A DNA stretch of 64,000 nucleotides, taken from Eledone cirrhosa. Its lineage: Eukaryota. The DNA lies in assembly GCA_964016885.1 (NCBI GenBank), contig OZ024748.1:26970001-27034000 (forward strand). The letters run 5' to 3'. Shown in pieces: positions 1 to 14,430 of the stretch. Within the stretch, counting starts at the first letter, position 1. Each line of letters starts with the position of its first letter. Below the pieces are notes generated by a model. That model did no database searches, had not been told where the DNA came from, and saw nothing but the letters and a program-made list of their open reading frames with translations. The position numbers were made by a program, and so were the translations under genes.

Positions 1-97
1 GGATGGAAAAATGCATTAGACTCAAAGGAGATCACTTTGAAATGGAAACCATGTAGTTTGTGACACCAGTCCCTTTACTTTTCAGACAGACCTCGTA
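1..97 (+). mobile_element. 3' end of a mariner-family DNA transposon (transposase C-terminus plus right TIR)
   Basis: 3-56 reads MEKCIRLKGDHFEMETM*, matching the mariner C-terminal KC..xG.(Y/H)FE motif. It is followed by acttttcagacagacctcg-ta, the reverse complement of a TA-CGAGGTCTGTCTGAAAAGT mariner-like TIR. Confidence 0.7.
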
Positions 98-1379
98 TAT
101 ATACACACACACATACCATACATGTGTGTGTCTTACTGCAAAGGTTGTAAAAATCGTCGGTGGTAGTGACCTCCCTTTGTTTGACCTTCTGGAGTTGTGT
201 GCGTGTGCATGTGTGAGAGAGAGAGACTGTTAACATTGGCCAATAAGTGACTGAATACAATAGTACATGCTTAACACAGCTTCAGTTATTGTAAACGATA
301 TCAGGTTCCACGGTATGCATGTTTATTTTTCGCTACGAACCATATCTCCCTCACTGCCTTTATGTCAGTCTATTTTCTATCTCCCAAGCTACTCTATATT
401 ATATTCTTTTACTAGTTTCAGTCATTGGACTGTAGTTATTTGGGCGCCGTTTTTCTGGGGTTTAATCAATTATATAGATCCAATACTTAATCTGTTACTC
501 ATTTTATCACTATTAATATTTTCATTTCTGAAGGGTTGTATAATTTAATTTTAATCCAAGCAGTGTTAACCCTTCAACGGGATAATTCCAATACGCTCTT
601 TGGTACAATGTTTTATTTTTATTTATTTCCATTTATCAAATGATTAAGTTCACCCGAGTGTTTGATGAAAAATGTACAGTGTCACTTTAGCGTGGATCTG
701 TATAGTCATTTATAGCTAGGCTTGCGGTTTACCTCAACTACAAAAACTGACAGAATCGTTAGAACATCGGATAAAATACTTCACGGTGTTTGTTCCGGCT
801 TTCTACGCTCTGAGTATTTTTCTTGGTGAATAAATAAAAGACCGGTTCACTAGGTTCGATTCTCTCTCTCTCCCAGAAACCAGTTGTGTTCAGACCAGGA
901 GAGGGATGGGATCTCCCAGATTTAAATGCCCAAGATACGCTGTATGTCACAACATGACTCCTACGTCTCCATCAAGTATAAAGTTTACAAATGTATAAAG
1001 TTACAGTAGAATAACATTGCAAACATCTTTTAAATATATACATAACATGAATTGCTCGCAATTCGTTCAGAAGGACATTATAAATATGTCTAAACCGTGT
1101 ATAAAAATATAATTGTTTCTACTTTTGGCACAAGGCCAGCAATTACTCAGTGTATTACTGGTACTTTATTTAAAAATATAATAATATAAATTCATTGAAC
1201 AATAATGATAGGGGGGGGGGGCACAATTCACCAGCAAGCCCGATAGAGAGGTCAAGTGAAACTTGGTTAGTGCAACTAACTGCATGCTAGAGTGGTACCA
1301 AATATACTTTTATTAATTGAATTTATATTAGCTTGAAATACAAAACAAAATCAACAAATAATTGAGATAAATAGCGCAA

Positions 1380-1677
1380 GTGTGAGTGGAAGAGAAGTGT
1401 GTGTGTGTGTGGAAGAGACGGGTGTGAGGAAGAGACATGTGTGAGGAAGTGACGTGTGTGTGTGGAAGTGACGTGTGTGTGGAAGAGACGGGTATGTGTG
1501 GAAGAGACATATGTGTGAGGAAGTGACGTGTGTGTGGAAGAGAAGCGTTTGGATTTCGTGAATACAGTTTATAAAAAGACAGACAATAAAAATTAATTTT
1601 AAAATGTCAAAGCGTATATGTGCGTGCATGCATGTTATCGTGTGTGTATACATGTTACTGTATGTGCGTGCATGTTA

Positions 1678-1714
<37 letters not shown>

Positions 1715-1790
1715 CATGTTACTGTATGTGCGTGCATCTTGTGTGTGTATACATGTTACTGTATGTGTGTGCATGTTACTGTGTGTGTAG
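1380..1790. repeat. GT-rich minisatellite/microsatellite cluster
   Basis: Repeated gtgtggaagagac / gaggaagtgacgtgtg units, then gtgtgtatacatgttactgtatgtgcgtgcat units around a (GT)n tract. Confidence 0.85.
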
Positions 1791-3744
1791 GGATGTAACA
1801 AAGAAAGTTTCTTGCTTCTATCTGGTCAATAAACAATATTTAAAACTTTGAGAAGAAACAATAATCTGCTGAAAGAGAAGAGAGGGGCTTTTTTATATAT
1901 AAATATATTCATGATATATAGGAAAGTCCATCTCGTCCTTTCTTTTTCTGAAAACAATTTTCCCAGTCAAAGATATTCATATATGTGTATATTCATATAA
2001 CATCAAATACAATTTTTTTTCCATATTTCATATTTTCTTTAAAAATTATCAAACATAATTTGAATTTTAAACGTTTCTTTTACATATACAAAAAATCCTG
2101 CCGATATGAGGAAAAGTGATGTACATGTATGTTGCGATATTTCTTTTTCTTTTACTGATAAATAATTCGGAATTTACACATACAGATCGATCAGGTATCG
2201 TTCATTTTTATTTTAATAATTTTATTAAATACGCCGATTGCTTTCTACTTAAAACGAAAGATCGCCAATAAAAGTTTGAAATCGTAACACAATCAATAAA
2301 ACAAAATAGACAATAACAATAAAAATTAGTCGAAAAGAACTGACACATTCTCACACTTCCAACTATACATACAAGATGTGATGGACATTCGTCGGTTTCA
2401 ACGATGAGTGTTCCAGTTATTTGAACAACAGAATAGTTTGCTCGTGAAATTAACATAAAAGTGGCTGAGCATTCAAGAAACGTGCACCTTTAATGTAGTT
2501 CACAGGTATATCTCATTTCTTTTGTTTTGCCAGCTGAATAGACTGGAGCAACATGAAATAGCTCAAGGGCACAACAAACTGGGAAAAGAACTGACACTCT
2601 TACAATCATGAGCCGAACAGTCTAACCACTAAGCCACGCACCTTCTTATATAAGATAAACTACTCTATAAAACAACCGAATTTGTCCTAATTATATTCAG
2701 CTGTTCCAATATAATGAGGCTTGTTAGCGGTCAGATAGATCAAACAAAGTGTATTTATTGTTTAGTCGATTATTATGTTCACTAATCCTTTGTAATCTGC
2801 TGAAAGTGGAGAGAGAGGCTTTCTTTATATTTCAACCAACCTACCTATCTACCCCGACCATTACTCAAAAGCTGGCTACCAAGCCGCAGCATATCCATCT
2901 TCATCGTATGGATGAAGCCATTTGCCACTTAAAAGGTTGTCACCAAGCTGAGTAAGGAGTCCCATCTACTCCAGTTGTGAAATCAGAATGATTGCCGGTT
3001 TAGACGCCGTCGACACAACCATGCGATCGGTTGCACTGGGTTATATTTTACCAGCCTCGCTTGAGAGGCGACCTAATAAATTATTGTAACTAATTTAAAT
3101 GAGTGTAAAATGAAATTATTGACTGGAGACTTGAATATTGTAAATTTAAGTAGGAATACTCAAACATTCTGTAACACATATTGTTTACAAGATTAATTCT
3201 TCTATAGAATTAAGACTGTAAGGACATTGATGGTGTGTAAATAATTATACACTTTATAACTTTAAATTTATTAAAATACCGAAGTAAAATTTCGTCCATC
3301 GACCATACAATAATCACTATTCTTAAAAACAAGTTTGTAATTTGTTTTGAGTTTTGTTTTTGTCACAACGCCATTTAAACAACGATGATTAACGTTACCT
3401 ATTTATAAATTTACAATGGATAATATAGGAGAAGTCGAAAACCACGAAAAAAAACTACGTCTCCATATAATTTATTGTTAGTAGAGCCAAATAAAAGAAA
3501 AAAGATCTCGGTCACTCGAATGCCTAGAAATAGCAGCTAAATCTTCCTCAATTCACTCTACCTTTTTTTAAATGGAAGAACATATCGTATAATGTGGTCC
3601 TCGTTGCACTATGTCTTGGCAACAACAAAAATAAAATACACCTCGAGATAGTTATTGATAGAATACTTTTGATCTATTTGATCAGGGATGACCTGGGACA
3701 CAACAGCATTTGTTGGTATATATTAAATTGTATATCAGGATCAA

Positions 3745-3850
3745 AGGTTCACTAGTTTCTACCTTGATTTTGTCAAAGCCTTTCACAAAGGCGACCATGA
3801 AATCTTATGTCATAAGCTGAACAATTTGTGTCTAGTAGTAAAAAGTAGGG
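3745..3850 (+). mobile_element. CR1/L2-like RT fragment
   Basis: taccttgattttgtcaaagcctttcacaaaggcgaccat encodes YLDFVKAFHKGDH, similar to the YLDFAKAFDKVDH motif. Confidence 0.55.
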
Positions 3851-3999
3851 CATTTGAATCTGATTTTCTGAATTGTGCGGTTGTGTTGTGCAATTTCTTT
3901 GGGTGTCTGATTTTGTTTATTCAGGGAGGAGTATTTCTCAAGAAGCCCCTTCTCAACTCACATATCTGTCTCTTGTAGACAGACTTGTTCTATGGATAG

Positions 4000-5340
4000 G
4001 CTAGGTCAGTAGATGTTGTCAAAAGGATACGATGCTGTATTCAAAACCTGTTTGGATCGATGTTAAGCCTCTACCTCCCTGTTTACGTTTTAGATAGAGT
4101 GGTCTATGTCACTGATGATGTGTAAATTTCCAGAGCCCGTTAGAAATTTGGGTGTTTTAACATCAATGGCTCGGATCTCCTCTAACATCCAGTCAAGTAG
4201 TTCAAATGTTGGTGTCAGAACAGGTACAGAAAATACATCATAGGCCATTGATTTATTGTATACAGTGAGTTCCCAAGACCAATTTTTTCTCATCCATATA
4301 TTCCCTGGTTATTCGGTCCTTGTGACAAATTCCATCATAGGATATATTTTCATTAATCCCTAAGTATCTGTAGCACTCCTCGTCAGATACCAGAGAAACA
4401 GCCAGGCCATTGACAGAGATGTTGCTAGCCTCCATCATTTCATCTTTCGAGAATGCCGTAACAAGGTCAAGGTTTTTCTTCATACCATATATATTCTTGG
4501 CATACACTTTCAGATCATCCACAAATAAGCTATGTGTCAGGTTAGTTTTTTTTTTTTTTTTTTGGCCTCATGTACCCTTTAGATTTCCTCAGCATAAAGG
4601 ACAAGGGATTTACTGATAGTATCACAGAGAAACTGTCTCCTTGAAAATATAGTCCTTCCCTGCATTTCAATTTAGGATAGTGGCACAGGAAGATGGACTT
4701 TCTGTGGCTCTGGTTATGGTACGTTAGCATGTCGGAGCATCTCTTGCATCCAAGAGTGGGGAACAAAATTAAATGCATTTTTGTAATTCAAACAAACTGT
4801 AACCAAATTTCTCCTATGGCGTCACACATCTGACATCACAGTTTTGTTAATTAGGAGTTGCTCAGCACATCACCAAACTCCTTTCTTCCCAGCTGCTTGT
4901 TCATCTGTGATGATGTTATTGTCACAGCGATCCTAGAGTAATAGGTTCAGACAAGCTGAATACATTTTATACATTCAATTCTGGCCTGTAATCAGTCGGT
5001 AATTTATTTACCAAGTGACTTCCTTTGTTTTGCAGAACCAATGTTGTTTCTGCAAGTGCCAACCATCTTGAATTTGGTGTGTCTGTGTGCGTGTATATAT
5101 ATATATATATATCATTCAAGTCTCTTCCAGGTGCTTTCTTATCCTGAAGTTTTCCTATCAGTCTTGAGGGTATCGCCATTGATATTATATGATTTTGGCG
5201 TAATGCAGGGTCAATGGACTTCTTCGGATTCTTTCAACCACACTGCATTTCCTTTAAACAACCGTGTCTTTCTGGGAGGGGCAGAGCTACAGTGACATTT
5301 AATGATTTGTTCCTTCATATCTCTATAACCTAATGTTAGA
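4000..5340 (-). mobile_element. Degenerate non-LTR retrotransposon RT (R4/Dong/NeSL-like)
   Basis: Frameshifted ORF pieces carry FQGDSFSVIL, (V)DDLKVYAK, YRYLGINE and KKAPGRD, the RT motifs of RLE-type non-LTR elements. Confidence 0.7.
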
Positions 5341-6169
5341 TTTCGACTGAATTTCTTATTAACCATTTTTCTTTCTTACTAAGAACTCTTAACTTGTTTG
5401 AGGATGATCAATTTGTATTCAATATTTTTCTTTTTTTTTTACTATCTTTAAAACTTGTTTCTACTTTATTTTGCCCCAGTCTACTCAGCTGGCAAAAATG
5501 AGTTGTACCTGTAATTCGAAAGCTCAGCAATATCACATTTTGTGTCACGCTGAACATCAGTGAACCTGTACATGTGGCTGTGGATTGCTCGGTTACTTTG
5601 CACGTTAATTTCAAAAGCAGTAGGTTCCGTTGATCAAATTAACTGGAACACTCGTCGTCGTAACTGAGAGTGTTGTATGTCTGAATATATTGCATAGTCA
5701 ATTTGTTATATTAGTCAAAATAATCAAACCATTCTAAATTTTAAATATTCTACGAATAATTTTCCTATGTGCGGTTATACTAAATTTCTTGCTCGTTTTA
5801 ACTTAACGTTTACTCCACACACACACTTCTCCCTCTTTATTTAAACTCTTACCTTTTCCTTCCGAGATAATAGTTAACTTCCATGTCCAATTCTATTCGA
5901 ACCTAAAGCATACCTCCTAAAGAAGGAGCCCATCGAGGTGTAATGGTGGAGGTATAACAACGGGTATTGCTGGCAGTTCTCTCTGACAATATCTTCACCA
6001 GTTTGTCCGCCGTGGTGTAACTGAATTATACTTTCCAACCAAGGGTGGAGAGTTTGATCGCACTCCCACCGCCATTTTTTCTTTCTTTTCTTTATTTTAG
6101 TCATTATGATATTGTAAATGTATTCGGAAATTTTGAAATGAAGAAAATTAGGAACATTTTCTGATCTTC

Positions 6170-6560
6170 GTCCCTTTTCGTTCAGTCTTTTTCTGTCTGT
6201 GTCCTTCTCTCTTCCCGTCTCTTTGTCTATGTTTTCTCCTCCTCTCTCTCTGTCTTTGCCTTTCTACCTCACCCCTCCTCCCTTCCCTCTGTTTATCTTC
6301 ATTTGTATGTTTCTGTATCTCTCTTTCCCCTCTCATTGCCACTGTTTCTCTCTCTCCCATCTCATTGGCTCTGTATCTCTCTCTTCCATCTCATTGGCTC
6401 TGTATCTCTCTTCCATCTCACTAGCTCTGTATCTCTCTCTCTTCCCTCCGACTGTCTCTGTTTCTCTCTATATTTCTCTTTTCCCCTCTCTTTGTCTTTG
6501 TTTGTCACTCATCCTCTCTTTTTCTCCATATCTTTCTATTTCACCGTGGTTTCATTTCTC
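6170..6560. repeat. CT-rich low-complexity tract with ~27-bp tandem unit
   Basis: ccatctcattggctctgtatctctct occurs about 3 times at 6356-6440 within a polypyrimidine tract. Confidence 0.8.
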
Positions 6561-7875
6561 ACATAAACCATCAACTTCAATTTTTTCATCGTCTTACTTG
6601 CTCACAATCTTAATGGTAAAAATACAACACACGCACACACTCTTTCAGACGAAGATCAAAGAGTTGAAACGTTGAACTCTATAATCCACATGATGGCAGT
6701 TAAACCCACCAAACTCTCTTATTGATATTCCTTTCATAGTCTAATGGCTGAATGTAACTGAAGTAGAACCAAACAAATGAGCATCTACACGGTCGTTCCA
6801 CCTGCTAGAAACAGCAGCCAAATCTCCCTCAAACCACATCCAACTCTCTTAAACGAAAACCGATACACTGGACAATATAATTAGTCTCAGGTATTTAAAA
6901 AATGGAACGGAATAATCACAGATTGTGGATCTTTAATCATGGGTTTTAATTTAGACTTAAGAACAAGCTAGTTTTAACGAGCCAATGAGGAAGGGGGAAG
7001 CCTCTAACAGGATGCTCAACTTTCTAGAAATAGTAGCTAGATTCCCTCGAATTACACCCTTAAACGGGAAGGACACATTAAAGGAAACAGTCCTAGACGT
7101 GCACAAAGATGGAATGGTTTCGATTGATCTTTTAATGACTGATCTGCCCAATTAGACTGAACTGAGGCTAAACAACATAATTATATTTCATAAAATATTG
7201 TTCACATTTTGTTGTTATTTAGCACCTGGTCAACGTAGGCATACGATCAAAGATATTCTAGCCGTGACCATCCCATCTTTTTGCATATCTATAGCTATTT
7301 CCATTGTTTCCTTCAGTTACAAGAGTGTAATTTGAGGGAATCTAGTCACTATTTTAGCATATCGAACGATCTTTAGAGGCTCCTTTGTTAGAAAACACCA
7401 CCAAACGAGTTCTTTTCTAAGACAATAGGGTATGATTTGAAGGAAATTTGGATGTTATTTCTAGTAGGTTGAGTGACCACGTAGTTCTTTCTCATTGACT
7501 CATATTTTGGAATGCCGTTATTTAGCCTGAGACAGGACTAAGCAGTTGTCCAGCAGCAATTGTCCTCAAAGAGGAACATGGCTTTATAGAAATTTGTAGA
7601 ATTATCTTAAATATATAATAATTTCCCGCGGTTGATAAATAAATCTCTAAGCATCTTTGCTGCGCAACAGCGTTGTGGAAATGTCCAAAGCAGTGGAAAG
7701 GGTCGTATAGTGTAACAGGATTTAGCATGGGTGAGTGTGAACTGTGTAGTGAAAAATGCAGGCATAATAATTTTCTTTATGTGATCAGAGCAAAAAGTGT
7801 AAATAACTAGGCTTTGTCAGCTTGCCAAGCTGTAAATAAAATTAATTTTATTTGTAAGACTAACCATGTGTGCTG

Positions 7876-8322
7876 AATACTCAGGCGCACATTGTAGGGC
7901 TAGCCTAGGGCACTAAATACCCAAACACATATTGTAGAGCTAACCTAGGACACTAAATACGCCGGGGCACATTGTACAGCTAGTCTAGGAGGCTAAATAC
8001 CCAGGTGCACACTTTCGAGCTAGCTTTGTGTGCTAAATACTCCGGCGCGTATTGTAGAGTTAGCTTAAAGCAATAAATGTCCAGGCACACATGGTGGAGC
8101 TAGCCTATGGTGTTAAATAACCAGGTGCACGTTGTACAGCTAGTCTATGGTGCTAATTTTCCCTGGCACATTGTATGGCTATCAAGGGCGCTAAATATTC
8201 AGGTACACATTGTGGGACTAGCTTAAAGCATTAAATAGCCAAGCTGACACTGTAGGGCAAGCCCAGGGCACTAAATACCCAGGTGCACATTATAGAGCCA
8301 GACCAAGTCATGAAATACCCAT
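7876..8322. repeat. Degenerate ~38-bp minisatellite (~11 units); a few related units at 9340-9455
   Basis: Consensus approximately gcacattgtagggctagcctagggcactaaatacccag, repeated head-to-tail. Confidence 0.85.
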
Positions 8323-8409
8323 TTAACTGTAGGATTAATAATGTTAATAATATTTGTATCAACAGGGGTCACCAATATAACAAGAGAAGAAGAATAGGAA
8401 TATTAACAA

Positions 8410-8768
8410 TAATTGTTTCTACTTTAGGCACAAGGCCAGCAATTACCCACTGCGTTACTGGTACTTTATTTTATCGACCCCGTAAGGATGAAAGGCAAAG
8501 TCAACCTCGGCGGGATTTGAACTCAGATCGTAAAGGGACGTAACTATGGTGGGAAGCATGGCGTCCGACGCTCTACCGAAATAATTGTTTCTACCTTTGG
8601 CACAAGGCCAGCAATTACCCAGTACATTACTGGTACTTTATTTTATCGACCCCGCAAGGATGAAAGGCAAAGTCAACCTCGGCGGGATTTGAACTCAGAT
8701 CGAAAAGGGACGTAACTATGCTGGAAAGTATGGCGTCCGACCCTCTACCGATACTGCCAATCCACCGC
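8410..8768 (-). mobile_element. Two tandem copies of a ~190-bp tRNA-derived SINE
   Basis: Same family as 56751-56940 (A box tggcagtatcgg, B box gagttcaaatccc, core ctttcatccttacggggtcgataaa, tail gtagaaacaatt). Other full or partial copies at ~1110, 13696, 17500, 18350-18950, 23627, 53895, 60178, 61652 and 63150-63602. Confidence 0.9.
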
Positions 8769-9811
8769 ACCGAAATAATAATATATATGTGTAGCAAGAA
8801 AAGGTATGGTTTGGTTATATCAATAAGTGTAACGGTTTTGTTATATGGCAATGTTAGTTGAATTGAGGTTCGGCTGTAAGTCCCAGGTTCTGTTGCTGCA
8901 GTGATAATAACTCTGGAAATGATCTTTCCATATCACATTTAAAAGCTATGGCTGTGGTAATAGCATCACAAGACTTTACAATGTTTTTTACAGAATTTAT
9001 TTACAAACTGATTACAAAGGTTGAGCTGGCATGCCAAACAAAGGAATTAACAAATTAAGAGTTTAGAAGGTACGGTCGACTGGCTGAGGTGCTGGTCAGC
9101 CCGGAGTTGTGTTGTCGTCGTTACATATTGGCTAGTGGTCGAACAGCAAAAGAAAAATGGTGTTTACCTTTCTACGATTGAAGCTACAAGAGACAGTATA
9201 TCGAAAGAAAGCGGGAAAATCTCTGTTTAGGAGGAAGTTGGAAATATACATCCGTACACGGCTCACGATTGGCCTGGCTTAGCCAAATCACGCACGAATA
9301 GCCTATCAATGCGCCAAAGGAAAATAGCTTGCTACACCCAGATATTCATTATAGGGCTAGCCAACGGTGCTAAAGACATTATCGAGTCAGCCAAGGGCAC
9401 TAAATACCCATTGTAGGGCTAGCTTAGCGTTCTAAATATCCAGGGATTCATTGTATCAAACACCCAAGCACCGGTCACGGTCGACCAGACATATGACAAA
9501 CGTCATTAGTGAAATAAAATAGTTAATAGCAGTCAGTCTTCAGGAATTGAACCCGGGTCGCAGGCTTGATTTATCGGAAACTTATAGCATATGCTATAGT
9601 TAGTAGCCGCATCCATTTTACACATTACGTTATGCAATACAACAACTATTGTACTAGAATGCAACTGTTATTGTTTGTTTGCACTTATTTCTGGCAGTCA
9701 GTGTGCATCTCGAGGGTGATGCAAGTAATGTTTATAAAGAGTAAAGTAAGTGTTAACGTTCTGCTGCTGGTGATGTTCTTACTACTATCACTACTATTGT
9801 TACTATTACTG

Positions 9812-9860
<49 letters not shown>

Positions 9861-10045
9861 GATAAATCTACCAAGAGTTTACGGTAGTGTCCAATCCGTA
9901 TGAAGAACTCAATGTATTCCGGATATCATGGAAAGAAGAGATGTAATGAAAAATCACTTTCGGTGAGAGATAAACGGTATACAGAGTCAAGATAAAATAT
10001 TAAACAAATAATGAATAAACAATTCCTTATATTAAACAAAAAAAG

Positions 10046-10199
10046 TTCATTATTTAACGATCGTTTCTAGGATATATATGTGTTAGAATTGGTATGCATA
10101 TTCAACAGATCTATGTACAAAATTATACAAAATTATACAAATTATCAAGATTAAATATACATACCAACACATATATACGCCGTCTTCAGAAATAATGAA
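10046..10199 (-). ncRNA. Type I hammerhead ribozyme candidate with ~115-nt stem II
   Basis: Minus strand: ttcattattt-CTGAAGA-[long stem, tatatatgtgtt/aacacatatata]-GAAA-cgatcg-TT-aaataatgaa. Perfect 10-bp stem I and palindromic stem III. Confidence 0.7.
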
Positions 10200-10299
10200 G
10201 TATATTTATTGATAATAACAACAATTCAAAATTTCAGGTCCGTTTGGGAACAAAATTGACCAATGAAAACACAAAGGGTTAAATGCAGTTCGGTGTGTG

Positions 10300-10362
<63 letters not shown>

Positions 10363-10443
10363 AAGGGTAAACAGAAATAAAACAATCGGTACAATATATG
10401 GAAGGGATATATTAGGTGAACGCTTGATATAGCAGGAAGAGGG

Positions 10444-10479
10444 TCTTAACGTTTCGGACGCTAGTCTTTCATCAGAAGA
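10444..10479 (-). ncRNA. Minimal type I hammerhead ribozyme candidate
   Basis: Minus strand: tctt-CTGATGA-aagac tagc gtcc-GAAA-cg-TT-aaga. Confidence 0.6.
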
Positions 10480-11536
10480 AAGAATGAAAAATAAGATATA
10501 TTGAGGGGACGGGCGGGATGGAATTGGTAGACGGGTGAGAAGAAGAAGGTGGTGTAAGCAGATTGTAGTAGAGGAAAATTGGAGAGAGAGATGTAACTTA
10601 CATCGTGTGTGTGAGTATATATATATGTGTGTGTATATATGTATATATAAATATATATATATGTGTGTGAGGGTGTTATCTATATGTCACCGACGCAGAC
10701 CAAATGTGATGTTTTCTAACATCAGTCGATTCATATAGTACTTTAGTTTCCATTCTACATTTTACAATATCATTTATTTCTTGCTGATAAATAATACCTT
10801 AACCTAAACTACCCTACAATATTATTTTGAACATTAACCAACTAACGTACTTTATTTACATTTAAACCTAGTCAGCCTTTGTTCACAGCCAAGCGGTGTG
10901 GGTTTTACTAAGAATAACTATTATCTTTTTATTTTGTTATTTCATTTTTTTAATTATACTCTAATGACACCCCAGAAGAAACACTATCACAAATGTTCCT
11001 AACTATTGTACTTAAGTTTGAAGTTTATTTGTTTCTTATTTCTAGCAGATAAATACGTGTTTGTTTGCACGGCATGGCAATATACCAGGAAACATATGGC
11101 CAAGCCATCATGGTTGCTATGTGTTTCGTTATAAACCTCTTGAAATCCTAAATTAACACTTCTCTCAGCCTATAGCTACTAACATTTCGTTTAGAGGCCA
11201 CTAACGTGGGATTAAACAGCTGTCTTTCTTAAAGGGGATCAGGTCAAATGTTCTACGGCGGAGCTACTAAATTTTACCCAGAAGACCTGAGGTTATTAGT
11301 AGAAATCACTTGTTCAAAGTGTTTACCTTAACTATGGCTGGACTCTAGAAACATCTAAAACAATATAAATGGCTGGTTCGTGATATTACCGTTGGCCACA
11401 ACATACATACAAACATGCATTATGCTGGTATTCTTTTACTAATTTCAGTCATGAGACTGAGGCACCGCCTTGATTTAGTCGATGTCGATCATATCGATCC
11501 TATTTATATCGAACCGCAAAGTTACGGGACATATAC

Positions 11537-11576
<40 letters not shown>

Positions 11577-11708
11577 CAATGAGTTATTTAATTTTTGATT
11601 ATTCAACAAATTTAATTTATAACGGATTAGAAGCACTCAATAGATTTCATCTGGAGTATAATATCAATAATATTAATAAATGGAAGCTATCCTTATAAAA
11701 CCATATTT

Positions 11709-11767
11709 ATTTTGTTATATATATTTCAAGGGTATCAAAATTTTGGTACGCTCTCAGCAGATAAAAT
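11709..11767 (-). ncRNA. Decayed hammerhead motif (family of 16048-16110)
   Basis: Core mutated to CTGCTGA; stem II and GAAA-tatata-TA are retained. Flanks are homologous to 16010-16130. Confidence 0.5.
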
Positions 11768-12248
11768 ACAAAAATTGGTTTATAGATAGTGACATATTCA
11801 GACAAGAACTTAATGTTGTGAGTTCTATTTGAATAGAATATATATATATATATATATGGGATAACAAGTTATCGTTATAGGTAATCCAATTAGAGGTTGT
11901 GAGTGCTCTGCGTCGTGGATAGTTTTAACGTACGGCTTTTTTTTTTACTCAACAAGATGCTTCCATAGTTATGCAGCGAGTTCGCCGTAATTTTTACACG
12001 ATCTCACTTATTTATTTATTTATCTCTTTATATTTCCATTCTCTCATTTTCTTACTTTTTTATGTACTCTATCTTATATTCTACTTTTACTTTTTACATC
12101 TGTAACTTCTCTACCTATTTACCATACATGTAGTATTATTGATGTTATTGTTTATATTATACGCTATTTTATTATTGATGTTATTGTTTTAATTATACGC
12201 TATTTCTCTATATAAGTCTTGCCTCGAGTGAATTATTTTCATATCTAC

Positions 12249-12359
12249 ATGCTCTGATGTGTTGACCATAGGTGAATAATGTATTGGAGATCGAATAACG
12301 CAACATCAAGCGATTAGCGAACTCTAGACCCACATGATCAACGAAACAATTGTCAGTAC
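12249..12359 (+). ncRNA. Decayed hammerhead with long stem II
   Basis: tgct-CTGATGT-gttgaccat...atgatcaac-GAAA-caattg-TC-agta; one core substitution. Confidence 0.6.
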
Positions 12360-13695
12360 TTTAAACAAAGCCCTTATAATCTTGTTAATCTTCGTTCTTT
12401 AATTATATATATAGATATATATATATATAGTTTTATTTGGGGAGGGTCATATTGTTATATTTCCAGAAATAAATATAAATTGATAAACATTGATTGCCAG
12501 CTAAATTAACTATAGGGATATAAAACCAATTCAAACGAAACAGTGAGTTTGTTTTATTATTTCTGGCAATATTATAACAACATGACCCTCCCCAAATATA
12601 ACAATATTTGTTTCAAAACACGATTTCATATCAAAAACCTTGCAAAACAAATATATATATATTATATACGCGACGGGCTTCTACAGTTTCCATCTACCAA
12701 ATTCCACTGGCAAGGCGTTGGCTATAGTAGAAGACACTTGTCCAAGATGTCGCGCAGTGGGAATGAACCCAGGACTCACATAGGTGAAGAAACAGATAAA
12801 ACAGTAGGGAATAACAAAATAAGAGAATTGAATAAATAAAACATACAGCAAAAAAAAAAACGAGTAAAAATATAATATGGCTTACTATTATGCTAATCCG
12901 GATTGGGAACTGGGACGTCGACACAATAGAAAACAGCTGATATCGAAACAGACATTACTCTAGATAGATAATGTAACAGTAACTACTTTAGATTGAAGAC
13001 GTTTAGATTAGTGGTTAGGATGTTCGGCTCCCCATCTTAAGGTGTGATTTTGAAGATACTTTATTTCACATAGCTCCAGTCCATTCAGCTAGCAAAAATT
13101 GTGTTGTATCTGTTGGTACTCAAAGGGTCAGCCTTGTCGCGCAGAATCTCCCTGAAAACTACGTTAAAGATATACGTGTCAGTGGAATGCTCAGCTACTT
13201 TCATGCTCTTCTGTTAGTCGAGCAATTGGAACACTCATCGTTGGTCCAACACACGCACACATTGTATCTAGGTCTTGGAACATTGAAATATTCTCTAAAA
13301 TCACTTTAGTGTCGTCTGAATAGCCTGCTGAGTATGGCCACCGCCAGTTATAGATTTTTAGCTATGTCTGATAACATTATAAAGAAAATGGGACTCAGAA
13401 CTACGCAAAGAATCCAGGTGTGTGTAGAGTGCTCAGCCACTGTTATTCGTACAACTGGAACACTGGTCGTCGAGACCGACGTAGATCCAAGCACAATCAA
13501 CAATTTCTCTAAATATTGAAATAGCCATTACTCTAGTATACTACACATTCCTGAAAGAACGATCGACAAGAAAATCGCTGAAATTAATTATATATACTTT
13601 GCACTAAATATTTCGTTATTATTTTTACTGTCCATCTATATTATCATAGTTATTTTTTATAGCTTCAAGTTATGTCATAACCTCAGTATGTATTA

Positions 13696-13880
13696 TAATT
13701 GTTTCTACTTTAGGCACAAGGCCAGCAATTATCCAGTACATTACTGGTACTTTATTTTATCGACCCCGTAAGGATGAAAGGCAAAGTTAACCTCGGCGGG
13801 ATTTGAACTCAGACTGTAAAGGGACGTAACTCTGCTGGAAAGCATCGCGTCCAACCCTTTACCGATACTGCCAATTCACT
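13696..13880 (-). mobile_element. tRNA-derived SINE copy
   Basis: Near full-length match to the family at 56751-56940. Confidence 0.9.
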
Positions 13881-13945
13881 ATAATGGCTATCTTTTATAC
13901 TCTCAGTTTATATTATCGTAGACGACGATGACTTAGCAGATTTGT

Positions 13946-13976
<31 letters not shown>

Positions 13977-14021
13977 TTATATATATATTTATATATATTT
14001 ATTTATATATATATTTATATA

Positions 14022-14091
<70 letters not shown>

Positions 14092-14184
14092 ATATATTTA
14101 TTTATATATATATATGTGTAAATGAAGTAATTCCGTCGGAAAAGTCCAGGAAAAAAGAGTGCTCTATGTAGGTAACAGAGCTTA

Positions 14185-14430
14185 ATAGTTATGTAATAAA
14201 CAACATAAGGCAATTATTCCATTTACCAGTGGTTTCTTAAAAGCAAAAGATTTTGCTTTCTATCCTCAGAATGAAAAAATCCTGGTCTGTTTATTGAATT
14301 TGGTTTTTAACATCCAAATTCAATAAACAGACCAGGATTTTTTCATTCTGAGGATTGAAAGCAAAATTTTTTGCTTTTAAGAAACCACTGGTAAATGGAA
14401 TAATTGCCTTATGTTGTTTATTACATAACT

